This document shows, piece by piece, positions 14,122-25,900 of a DNA stretch of 64,000 nucleotides (positions are counted from its first letter, which is position 1; each line of letters begins with the position of its first letter). A program made the translations under genes and the position numbers. This DNA is from Paraphysomonas bandaiensis (Eukaryota; Protista; Chrysophyceae): NCBI GenBank assembly GCA_965644295.1, contig CBFFRP010000291.1, positions 1 to 64,000 on the forward strand, read 5' to 3'. A model generated the notes under the pieces. The model did no database searches. It was not told the origin of the DNA and was given only the letters and a program-made list of their open reading frames with translations.

Positions 14122-14829
14122 CAACGTGTATCTATTCATTATATAACGATATAATTTTTTCTGGAATATTTCAACTGGTGTTGTTAGTTTGCATCGGCAG
14201 TTTTTTGTTTTTGGCTATCTTGAAAAACATACATGAAGTATGAAGTATCGTTCCCATTATTGTGGCATGGCTTCTTACCAAATAGAATCTCAATAGAATA
14301 CCTTTAGCACTGCTGTATGCCATACAATGACTACATGAACTTCATGTTTCAATTTCAATTATACTTATACCCTCAATTAGATTCTAGGTAAGCTAGCGCA
14401 GAGCTCAATAATACTACATTATGTTGTTCAATACAATGTTCATCACTATATTATCGTCAGCAACTCTATCGCTATAAATATTACAGTCCTTGTTCTATCA
14501 AATGCTGACTTGGTAGTAGCTAATTCACGTTCTCTAATTGAAAAGAAACCGTACACCCATACACATATAGAATATAGAAGCCACCACTATCTCCACTCTC
14601 CACCATTTAATATGAGTGATGAGGAATAGGTAGAAAATAGTAAAATATAACTAATATTAGTAGTAGAGAGACAATACAGAACACACAAAATCATGGCCAC
14701 TGTAGCTAACCTCCGAATACTACTTCATCCAGTTTTAACACAGTGCGCCTGAATACAAGTATGATGTATTCTGGTACACAGGTTACATCCGAAAATGAAA
14801 GAGTATACTATGGTAATCTATACCGCTGC

Positions 14830-16108
14830 CTACGTATCATAATCTACAGTACCACAATCTGGTTCCGTATAAGTTTTTCCAGATATCCAGCTCGTAAGTT
14901 TCTGGTAATCCTTCTTCCACTCGACCAACACTGAGCGCTGACCAGCAAAAATTATAAGGTTCAGCATGCCCTAAAATATAAAGCCATTATGCCTGCCCAC
15001 TTGTTGTAATTAACATATCTAAACACTTACGTGTATCCGTAGTAGAAATATCCCTAGGATTATCAAAAAGCCAGGTGGATCACTACTAAAACCAAATAGT
15101 TGCCAAAATCGATATATGGATATTGGTAGCCATATTAACTGATACAAAAATCAGTTGGCGAAAATAATAAAATAATAAATTTACCAGTAGAAGCAGGGGA
15201 TAGACGACAAGTCTATTATACATAGCCTTCGCACTTTCTTTCGCAAGCTGGACGCTTTTGGTGTTACGGCGGAGTATGCTTAGTGACATCTTCGCTCTGT
15301 AGCTATTTTGACTAGCAGGTGGTGTGGCTGTTGTTACAGGCTCCGTGTCGACAGAGGTTGAAACACAACGAGATGGTGGGGAGACGGTCATCGCGCCGGA
15401 TGATGCTAATAAGCTCTCGTCGTTAGAACCTTGATAAAAAAATTCCACACTGGCCAACTACACAAAAACATCAGACCCACTCAGAAACATTAACATTAAC
15501 CACCACCTTGTAATACACATCCACAGATGCAATAACTATACCCACCACGACCACCCAGACAGTAACATAATGTATCGTGCGAAGATAACGACCACTGCGG
15601 TTCGTATCTTCAATCCAACACCATCCAGCCCGTGTCTTCCCATAGTCTTCTACTTATACATATATAGTAACATATACAGGGTCAATAGTGCACGGTCACC
15701 TCCCATACCTGTTATAAACGGAATAACTGACAGTGGTATTGACCCAATAAAGCAAAATATACGCATAGTCGGCATATCGTTTTCGGGTTTATAAGATTGC
15801 ATTCGAGAAACTTTCGTTCGCATAAGCTTTAAGAGCATATACGATATACAGCCAGCCCATAGCATACCCGATATAAAGGAATACTCTGATAGAACTGCCT
15901 GAATCATACAAGTTGATATGTACTTAGATGGGAAGCATATGATAGCGATGCTGAGTATGAGTAACGCGAGACTCTGATTGCATATGAGTTTACGGGATAT
16001 CGTCTTCCTCAGTTTCTCGTATCGGTAATATGAAAATATGATAACGATCGCTCCTATGCCGCCAATGTATGCTCCGATGATACTCGCATGATTAGCTGTG
16101 AATCTCAT
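14830..16108 (-). CDS. 7-TM G-protein-coupled receptor, cAMP-receptor-like (CAR/GCR1 class), multi-exon
   Basis: Spliced product has seven hydrophobic segments with class-typical motifs TCMIQA, CWI, RLVVYPLLLLLIWLP and RIHGMLNLIIF; last exon ends ...VDYDT* at 14830. Confidence 0.75.
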
Positions 16109-16667
16109 TGCTAGTAACTGTATGTGTATGTGTATATATAAGTAGGGATATATATGTGTATAGAGGAGAGGGTCTGATAAGGGGGTTAAGGGGTATACAT
16201 ATCAGCGATAAGGTTGATAGATAAGAGGGGCCGGGGAGTGATGAGGATCGGGTTATGTTAGTAGGGCTATCAGAGACCACCTGACTGATAATTATGATGA
16301 TATGGCGATACTACTCGGAGCTGAGGGAGTACCTCAGCACTGCACACACACTAGTACACCTTGCTACAGCAGTACAGCAGTACACATTGATACAGATATA
16401 CAGATACGTACACTGCTACATATATTATGTGCAGCGTACTGCTGCATATGTACTGCCATACAGCAAAAAAACTTCCACACTGTGTGTATACAGCAGTACG
16501 ACATATACGGTATTGTGCTGTACACAAGTACATCTCTATGCATATGCCTGTGTATATATAACTGTATGTATATATAAACACACACAGAGCATAGCACAGC
16601 AGGCAGAACTGTTTGTTAGAAGGGCTGCATTACGTGAATTAAACATCCCTCCCCTCCCAATATCAAC

Positions 16668-18428
16668 ATGGACAATAGCAACCCTCATGTAGTGAATGTG
16701 TATATCCATGATAAAGAGGATGGTCTGCCTGACCCCAAAGACATCGCCTCCAAATACGACATCGACTATAAGGACGTCTACTCTGATGATGACTCACTGG
16801 ATGATACACAGAGAGACACAGACACACACAGAGGGGACTCACAGGAGATCATCGATCATCAGATGCATAATAATCGTGTCGATGAATTAGTATTGAAATT
16901 AGATGCGAAGAACAGAGAGATTGAGAGGCTGTGTGTGCTGTTAGAGGCTGTGTCTGTGGTCCCTGGAGCTGATCCAGGGAAATATATAGACATCATTGAT
17001 AATAAAGGGGATGATACACTTGTGGTATGTACTCTATGTGTGTTATTGTGAATGGAAGGGTTGTTATTTATTAACTACAGGATTATCGTGACACGAAAAT
17101 AGTAACACTTGCAAAGAAGTGTCGAAATTTGACTGTGGCTCTTAATAAGGAACGTGCGGCGTCACGTAACGCCAAAGACAAATTAATTACACTCCAGGAT
17201 GAAGTAGAGAGATTGAAACGTGAGCTGGAGCTGGTGTCGTCCCCTGCGGCAAGGGCTGCCGCAAGAGGTGAGGGTAAGTCTGGTGGTGATCCTGATGTCA
17301 GGGACTTGCGGCGTGAACTCAACCAGGCCAACAAGCAGGTGTGACTTAAACAACATTACTTTTGTAGTGATGTAAGAACTGAGTTCTTAGATGGAAGAAC
17401 TACGACGAAAGGCGCAACAGAGTCAGGATGAAGCGCGAAAGCTATCGAGGGCACTGGCCAAGGAGCTTGGAGAGGGTGTTTCCATTGACCAGGCGGTTGA
17501 TGAAGGATGGAGGGGTCGCGCGCAGCAAATTGTGATGCTCAAGTCTAAGGTGTGGTGTCGTGATTGAAATGGGTGTTGCCATCTGACGCCATTCTGATGT
17601 CGGCACAGATAAAGAGACTTGAGTCCGGAAGAATAAGCGGGGCCGCTTCTCAACGCAGTAGACACAATGACGTAGACGCGAAAGCAGAAGAAGAACTGGT
17701 ATTTGTTAAGCCGTAGCTCGTTTCATTATTTTAAACCTTTGTTCAGTCGAGCATGAGTGCGGAAAGGCAACAGGCTGTGGAGGCACTGACTGAAGATCAC
17801 CAGCGGTACAGTGTTGTCTGTCGTAAGGATGCTGTAACCTTGCCGCAGATTGACAGAAGAATGTGCGCAATTAAATAGCAAACTAGATCGACAAAAAGTT
17901 TGTAAGGTTGCGTTTACTCACTGTTATCTTAAGGTCTCACGTTCTAGGCTCGCGTGCGTGCACTTGAAAGCGATGCGTCAACTCACAAACAACAGCTTAA
18001 GGTACTTCATTCCCTGATGCAGTGCGTAGTGTACTTGTGGAGAATTGACCCACAATCACGCAGGTCTTGGTGGAGAAAGCGGAGAGTGATGACTCACTAA
18101 TAGAGGCATTACAAGAAGAGACACAGACTCTCCGCAAGCAGCTGGACGAGTTGAAGCGCAAGCAGGTACAGCAGTTAAAAAACGCCACCCAGCCCCCGAG
18201 GGCTGTGCGCGCTTCTGGTGGGGGGACGGTAGCTGTGGACTCGTCTGTGGAAGCCACAGAAGCTGAAATTCAGCGTCTCAGGAGACTGTGCAAGCAGCAA
18301 GTAAGTGATTGATTTTTCTCGTGATATGACCTTAAAGTTTATCGGATGTTCAGGCCGCGCAGTTGGAGACTCAGGAGAGTGTCATTCAGCAGTTGCGCTC
18401 TTCAATGTCACGCCCATCGAGAAGTTAA
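16668..18428 (+). CDS. CCDC13: Coiled-coil protein, CCDC13-like (centriolar satellite), multi-exon
   Basis: KIVTLAKKCRNLTVALNKER, LAKELGEGV, GWRGRAQQIVMLKSK and LVEKAESDDSLIEAL match my recollection of the CCDC13 family; about 8 short introns. Confidence 0.75.
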
Positions 18429-18979
18429 CTGTGAACTTTGGATATGTTGTGTACTGATGGAAAGTTAACGTTTAAGACATTGATTATATAAGCAAGTTTT
18501 TGTAATAATTACACACGAAGTCTAGCTACACTATGTCGACATACCAGAGAGCTTTGTGGATAGTTGAAGCGGAAATGTATGCATTGAACATTGAAAATAA
18601 TTGTGTCGAGTTGTTACGTATTTGATGAGTTAACTCAAACAATGCTGAGTCGTCGTTATGTGTGTAATACGTTGTGCCATACTGCGCAGTATATATCGAT
18701 CCTACAGTAGAATTCAACAATGACAAGGGCGTTATTGCACAGTATCCCATTTAGATACTACTGCTCAAAGGTCAGAACTCATCCTTGAATCAAATTACGT
18801 GGGTTTAGTGATGCTGATCCCATAAGATGTTCACGAACTGCGTCGTCCAAACAATGGAGTTGAAAGAGTTATGCTGAATGTAAGAGACAGCTAAAGAATT
18901 TTGAGGAGAAAACAGAAGGTCGGATCAATATGCTACTGCAAAGAAAGAAAGAGAGGCAAATTATGTCGAGCGATGTCTA

Positions 18980-19413
18980 TATATAATGTCTGGTTACTTA
19001 GCAATAGGCATATAAGTGTGAAAACTAAACAGAAATCTATCAAGTACTTGATACTAATATCCAACTATTTGACGCTACGGAGGCAGCTTGTGCGTCGCCA
19101 CTAGCACCAAGGTACGACGACCTCTGCTCGCTGTCCTTGAGGTCAACTAGCCCGGATGCTTGACTTCAGTAGGCATCCCAATACCCCGGGTGCCTTTGAG
19201 GTGAGCCCATACCCGGATGCCTGTTTATTCCTCAAGGCCCAAAGACGTATACGTAAGTGACACTTATTAGTGGGTCTAGTACCACACAAGTATTTGGCTA
19301 TATGTGAGTTAGCAGAAGAATATATGCGGCTCACGTAAGTTTCCCGGAGAAATATCTCCGGTACTTATATCCCAGAGCACCACGAAAAGGTGCGATCCTG
19401 ACTTTGTTGAGGG
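18980..19413 (-). mobile_element. Non-coding retroposon (SINE-like), short form, with 13-bp TSD
   Basis: Starts CCCTCAACAAAG on the minus strand. Direct repeat cgagcgatgtcta at 18967-18979 and 19414-19426. Homologous to the other copies. Confidence 0.85.
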
Positions 19414-19770
19414 CGAGCGATGTCTAACAGAAGATATTTTGAAAGCTCAAGCAAAAGATGGAAAAAAGAAAGTGAATAATACGGTTGAACATGTTGGCTA
19501 ATACGTACATATGGGGTATTTTCAGTTTGAAGCTAAGGCCATAAAGCTGCGCAGTTGAAGAGAGGGATAAAAACAGAAGTTAACGGGAACCAAACAAAAG
19601 AAGCATGAGAAAATAAGCATTTTAAAGTTGCGGATTCGTTGTCGGGAAAAGAAGAGTAGTAGAGACTAGCTGAAAGCGGTATCAGGCAAGTTGGTGCAAA
19701 TGGCGTGCTTTGATCCACCCATTCTATATTGTAGGCTCTGCCACTATATTTGTAGCCAGCAGGTAACAAC

Positions 19771-20776
19771 TTTCTGCCCGCTCATAACCGAATATAAGCG
19801 TCACTTGTATTGACGTCTTTGGACCCTGACGAAGGAACAGACATCCGGGAATAGGCCCACCTGAAGGGTAACCGGGGTATTGGGCTGCCTGTTGAAGTTA
19901 AGCATCAGGGAACAACCCTGAAGTCAGCAGATGTCAGGTATATCAACATTCTGCTTGCTCACTGCATTCGTTTTGAGTGATCGATACTGAGTACTGGTTT
20001 ACATTATATTCGGCACCTGTGTGGCCATTGACCGAGGTAAAGCGTCAAGCTTTCCTCGTGGGTGCATGATGGCAATAATGGCAATATGTGATTAGACCTG
20101 TTATGTCCACAAGTCTACTGCCAAGTCTTGGATTCTCATGACCCAAGTCATTGAGATTATAACAAGGCTCTGGCACTGTTCTCCAAGCACATTTGTGGTG
20201 CTTTTATGCTATTCTTGCTTAGTAGGTTTCATCCGAGCGGTGAAGGCGCACTCTTTCCTACTTGCGTAAAAGTCACTCGGGAGAAGAGTGCAAGGGGAAT
20301 TCATGTGCTGGACGAGTGCACACACTATGGAGGGATGACTTTTTGGAGTCAGCTTGAATTTGTAGCAGATTTCGGTAGACGTCTGTTTCTTGCGTCAGTG
20401 TGTAAAACTGCACCAGTGAGACCGCTTCGTGACCGTGGGAGAACCCGACGCTAGAGCTCCTCTACTCTCCCCTCTAGTTTTTCAAGGACCCTAATGATCT
20501 GCCGCATATACAAGAGACATATATATGCCGAAGACACCAACCGTACGTTGTGTGTGTTAAGACAAGTTGATTGGGCAGGAGCTTATGATCCGGCTTAAAC
20601 ACGCAACGCGTTGTATGCCCATGTTGCGAACTAAATCGTGTTGTATAATTGAGCACTTGTCAGTGCATGCAATAGTAACTAGATAAGAGTCATGTTATGC
20701 TTAGTGTCGCGCGAGTTGTTCGGTCGGTTGCGGCAACGCACAAGCTTGCACTTCTTAATAATCAGGCATTCAGTAT
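19771..20776 (+). mobile_element. Same retroposon family, long form, 5'-truncated
   Basis: Collinear with the reverse complement of 55674-56775 over ~1 kb; ends taataatcaggcattcagta. Confidence 0.85.
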
Positions 20777-21447
20777 AGCACGGTGCCCAGGTATGCACAC
20801 ATAAAACATCCATTACCATCAGCTTGCTTTTTAGACTCATACGGTTGGACCCCTGAATGCTCTCTGGTACTTTGACTCTTTCCTCGTCGCTTCAATTGGG
20901 AAATCTTCATCCAGCAGTTTGACCTCGTTTTTCACACTTGGCATAAAAGCGTACAACCCCTTCATCAGAGGAATTCAAATGCATTTCCTAAGAGAAACTC
21001 TCCATCGACTGTGTGTACAAGCCCTTTGCTTGATCATATATCTGTCATATTGATTATGTAATTCTATGATCTATCACCTTTTAGATACTAATTAGTATAT
21101 AGCTGCTCCAGGTCCTTTCGAGTCTCCAACTTTTTGTCACTTCGTATTTTAGCTATACCTCAGTAGATGATTCTACGAGCTCCGCCATTTTTTGAATAAT
21201 CCCACAGGTAAAGTTTGAATGATGCTAACTGCTTGTTTAGTTCGACGAGCTCATATTGAGCTCGTCGAACTGTTCGAAACCTTTAAGAGTTAGCCTGTTC
21301 AAGTACCAACATTTCTTTATCAGGATCATCTTTTATTAGAGAAGAAGCATATCCTTCTCGCGAATTAGAGAGCCCCAGCTACAAGTTGAACCGCCTCAAA
21401 AAATATGGAGCAAATGTACGTAGCTTTTCTCTCAAACTATTTTTCCA

Positions 21448-21961
21448 CCCTCAACAAAGAGTCGGACTCGCACCTTTTCGTGGTGTTCTGGGGGATAAGT
21501 ACCGCAGAGATTCTCTCTGGAAAACTAACGTGAGCCGCAAACATAGTCAGCAGATATTCTTCTGCCCACTCATAGCCGAATGCTTGTGTGGTACAAGGAC
21601 ACCAATAAGTGTCACTTGTGTAGACGTCTTTGGGCCCTGACGAATAAACAGACATCCGGGAATGGGCCTACCTCAAGGGCATCCGGGACAGGGCCCACCT
21701 GAAGGGTAACCGGGGTATTGGGCTGCCTGCTGAAGTCAAGCATCCGGAGTGTTCACCTTAAGAACTCAGAGCGGAAGTGGTCGTACCATGGTGCTTGCGG
21801 CGACGCACAAGCAGCTTCCGTAGCGTTAAATAGTAGGATAAAAAAAAGTGTGGACTGATTAGTTACAGGTAGAGGTCTAACTACTAAGACATTCATCCAG
21901 CTACTAAGTTGGTGTAGGTTTTTAACGCCTATTGCTAATAGTAGGACTTTCAATATATATC
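21448..21961 (+). mobile_element. Same retroposon family, short form, with 9-bp TSD
   Basis: Starts CCCTCAACAAAG; atttttcca at 21439-21447 and 21962-21970. Confidence 0.85.
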
Positions 21962-22982
21962 ATTTTTCCAGATCTTCTGTGTACTTGTTTCGGACAACTT
22001 TTGGAGCGTTCTTGTCAGCGGGTCTCAGCGGACGTTCCTCCAGGCCCAGGTGATTTTGATATTTTCGCACCGAGCGTACCTGCAATCTCTTTGTCCAGTT
22101 TACCACGAAAATTGATCGATCATCGGAAGCTCTTTCCAGTCCGAGTTGGAACTACCATCCGCTATCATGTCAAGATTTGACTTTTTACGGATGTTCTAAT
22201 CTACATACACTGAACGTGATATATACACTCAAACTCATGCCTCAACTATAAATTACAATCAATATTTCTTATCATTCTTTGTCATTCGCCTGAGCCTGGT
22301 AACCGTTAATGGTAATGCATTACAATTGCCGGGAACTGGACTACAACTAATGGGCCATTAATGGTTACAAGGCCCTGATCAACTATCAATCATTTTCATA
22401 CGATCTTAGATAGTCACAATCTTATACGGTCAATATAATCAGTTTCACTGCTATGATTGCTATCATGAAAAAGTTGTCATATTACAGTTTTAACCACTTT
22501 AGTATTCTTCGAGTAACGGTCATAATTCAATTAACTTTGAACTACAGCTTGTAATAGCTTACACATGCATGTATAAGAGTAAGAATTATATCCTTGGCTA
22601 CATTCCGGTACCGAAGTCTTGCGTAGAGGTAAAGCAGATACAAGATACATACTAGAATACTGAAGAATCCCGCAGGATTGTCTTGTTTTATAGTGTATAT
22701 GAAACTAGAATAAGTAGAGGCAATGAACAGGCTATATACATAATATAAAATATATTTAAAATATAATTCATATAAACCTTTGTCAATTGATACACAAAAT
22801 AAACAGAGTCGTAATGCGTAATGCACGCTAACGGGACAAAGCAGGATATTAATGTAACTTGTCGACATGAAATATAAAATATATCTACGTCAGAAAAAAA
22901 TGGAAGACAAGTTCGACGAAGGTTTCAAGAAATGCTTGCCCTATTAATAAAGCCGATAGTACCTATTTTTCTTGTCATCATT

Positions 22983-25900
22983 CTATTTCGCCTTGTCATT
23001 ACGCTTGCGATTGCTTAGTCGACCTTGTAATCGTAGTTTTGCAACATCGTGACGGGTAGCCATAGACATGCGATGGCGCGTTGTATTGACAGTTAACTTC
23101 TTCACTAAATCTTTACTTGTCATACTTGCACCTCGTGTTTCAGTCGAAGAATATTTTTCTTCCGTGTCTGTCACTTTATCCTTTTTATTCTGAAGTCTCT
23201 GCTCCAGCCTACTCCGCGCATCACTCTCACGGAATTTCATTGATACATCCTTCCCCGCCAATCCCATCGCAAACTTCTTCTTGGCATCTAAAACACTCTC
23301 GGCTTCTTCATCAATACTCTTTTGTGACCTAACCACAACGACAGGCCGAAAGCTATCCCCAGTGAATATTCTTCTCGGGGAGGGGGGAAGTATATTAACC
23401 TTCATATCGAAGTCATCACCATCATCTATATCCGAACTTAATCCAGCCGAACCATCTGATACCGCTTCGCTGTCCATTTCAATTGTATATTCCGAATTTA
23501 ATGTATTATCGGGAACGTTACTAAGTATACCGAGTGGTCTTTTAGCAGCAATACTCAAGTACTCATTTCCTGTATCTGTACAGGCAGATAAATTGCTCAC
23601 TTTAGTATCCTGCTCGGTAGCGCATTCTACCACAACATCAGATTGTTCGCTTCCAGGCTGTGAAATTTCAAATATTTGTGGCGCTATCATATTATCACGA
23701 GGTAAGCCAAAGCGTTTGCTCATTCTTGCTAATCGTGTCGCTTTGCGTAATTGGCGGCGTTCAGCCCCATGTGCTCCTGCACTACTACCTTCAACTTCCT
23801 CTCCACTAGAACTACTCAACTCGAACAACTTGTCCATCATACCATCTGCTTTCAGCTTTGCTGCCAACTTAGGAAGCTTTCTTGGTGTGGCTGCTCCATC
23901 TGACTGCTCAACCTCTTCGTCAGACAGGGCACCAAGAGTAACGTCATGCTCAATAACCATGCGCTTCATGTAGCTAACAACTTCATCCTCCGGTCGATGT
24001 ACATTGGGTAGAGATCGATCTCCGCTTCTACGCACAGCATTTGTTCCCGACTTTGGGGATTCGCTAGAGTCGTCGCCGTCGCTACTGGTGCTGCTTAAGT
24101 CATAAAGTTTCTCCAGCATACCATTCGTTCGTAATTTGGAGGCCAAATGTAAGCCCTGTCTATCACTCTCCGCCCTGTCAAGCTCATCATCAAACTCACC
24201 CAGGACTTCCCCAAGTTCCACCTCATTCTCTCGCACCATCCGCTTCATATACCCCACAACCTCACTCTCCGGCCGGCCTTTTTGCCTGCGCTGACGAAAG
24301 TTTCGAATGACCTTACGAGCTCCCATTGTAGCCGCCAGTGAAGGGCCTTGTATTGAGCTATCTCCCACTACAGACTTTTTGTCCATATGCCTTCCCAATC
24401 TCGTCATACGAGCAGCCCGATAAGTTCGTCTATGCTCGCGGTGTTGTTTCGCTTCTTCTCCATCGTCCTCTCCACTGCTGCTCAACTCAAAAAGTTTGTC
24501 CATCATTCCTTTCTTCTTTAACAAAGCAGCAAGCTTTGTCGATTCCTGGGTCTCGTCATTATCGAAGTCGTCAGAGGTAGCTCCGAAAAGAGCTTGGCCT
24601 TCCTGTACCATGTGGCCCATATACCCCACAATCTCTTCCTCCGGCCGATGCCGACGTTTAGTATCGGTGTCTTCCTCTGAAGAAAATCTTTCCAGAGAGT
24701 GAATTGACTGACTATCCAAATCACTGTTTTCTAGGGTGACTTTGTTGTCAGATGACAGAGTTCCCTCCTTGCGTTCATCCTTATCGTCATCACTGAGATC
24801 CAAGTCTCTCAACCTATCCATCATTCCTAATGACTGCAGTATCGCTCGTAACTTCGGTTGTTTCCTTCGTTCCTGAGCATCGTTGTCATACTCGTCGCCA
24901 GACAACTGTCCGAATCCGGTATCATGTTCTCCAACCATTTTCTGCATCGCGATCACAATGTCACGGGCCCTTTGCTCCTCAAAATTGAATTCATCGGTAT
25001 CCGCAGCGACTGGACTCATGTCCTTCTCAAGATCGCTGCAACTTCTCAAGAGCCTCCGCTTTCCATCAGGCAGTGCGAAGTCACCGTCAATAGACACAAA
25101 TGGGGGCCTGCAGCGAGATAGTCTTTGGTCCTGGTACCACTTACCCTCAATTTGTTCGGCTTGTAATCGATGCGCTCTGTCAATCGCTCTGTAGTTGTAA
25201 TACACGATTGGACCAAATATAGCAATAGCTATAAGCAGTGGTACTACAACATAACCAGGGTTCGTTTCAAACAGAACTACATGAAGCAACCCAATGTAAC
25301 CAAACAGGCTCCAGTTTACTAAACTGAAAAACATTTGTTCCATTGGTGCCGGTAGATTCATCAATAATCCGAACATAAATAGCAGTAATACCGACATACT
25401 ATTGATAAACGCTGTCACTCTCAGCTTTCCTCGGTAAGTATTGGCTGTGCTCTTGTCACGTCTGTACGTGCGTTTCGGAAGTGGTGTCCGAAATCCCATC
25501 ACAACACCACTTTCAAAGAGATGCGGAAAGCCTCGAGCAACACGAGTCGAAACAAAGAGGTAATCACAAGCATTGAACTGACCATCGTCATCTTTGCTCG
25601 GCTCCTTAGAATCCTGATTGACTAGTTTCGCTTTATAATTTTCAACAGCATAAACTACATTACGCTTGATGCGACTCACTTCTGAAAATATAAGAGAGGG
25701 TATAATCATCTGTGAGATTACCATACATGCTGTGCTGACAATAACAACCTCAAAAAATAACCACAGCAGGAATGACTGTAACCACGCATTCTGACGATTT
25801 TCGGATTGATTTAAGGCGAATAAAAATACATAAAAGAGAAGTGCCATGTTAAATAGGATAATAAACGCCCACCCCATGAACTTCACGTATGCACTGACAG

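Noticed and set aside
15086-15200. Apparent premature stop in the GPCR (pseudogene)
   Set aside because: Resolved by a short GT-AG intron at ~15139-15184 that restores the frame to TM6-TM7.
21636-21670. Hammerhead core from CTGACGA
   Set aside because: No stem II followed by GAAA, and the CTGA is not conserved in other copies.
21650-21752. CRISPR-like array from the GCATCCGGG repeats
   Set aside because: Units are tandem with related rather than unique spacers, there are no cas genes, and the context is eukaryotic.
22299-22368. Imperfect 14-bp inverted repeat (gtaaccgttaatgg / ccattaatggttac) as a MITE
   Set aside because: Single short occurrence, no TSD and no second copy in the window.
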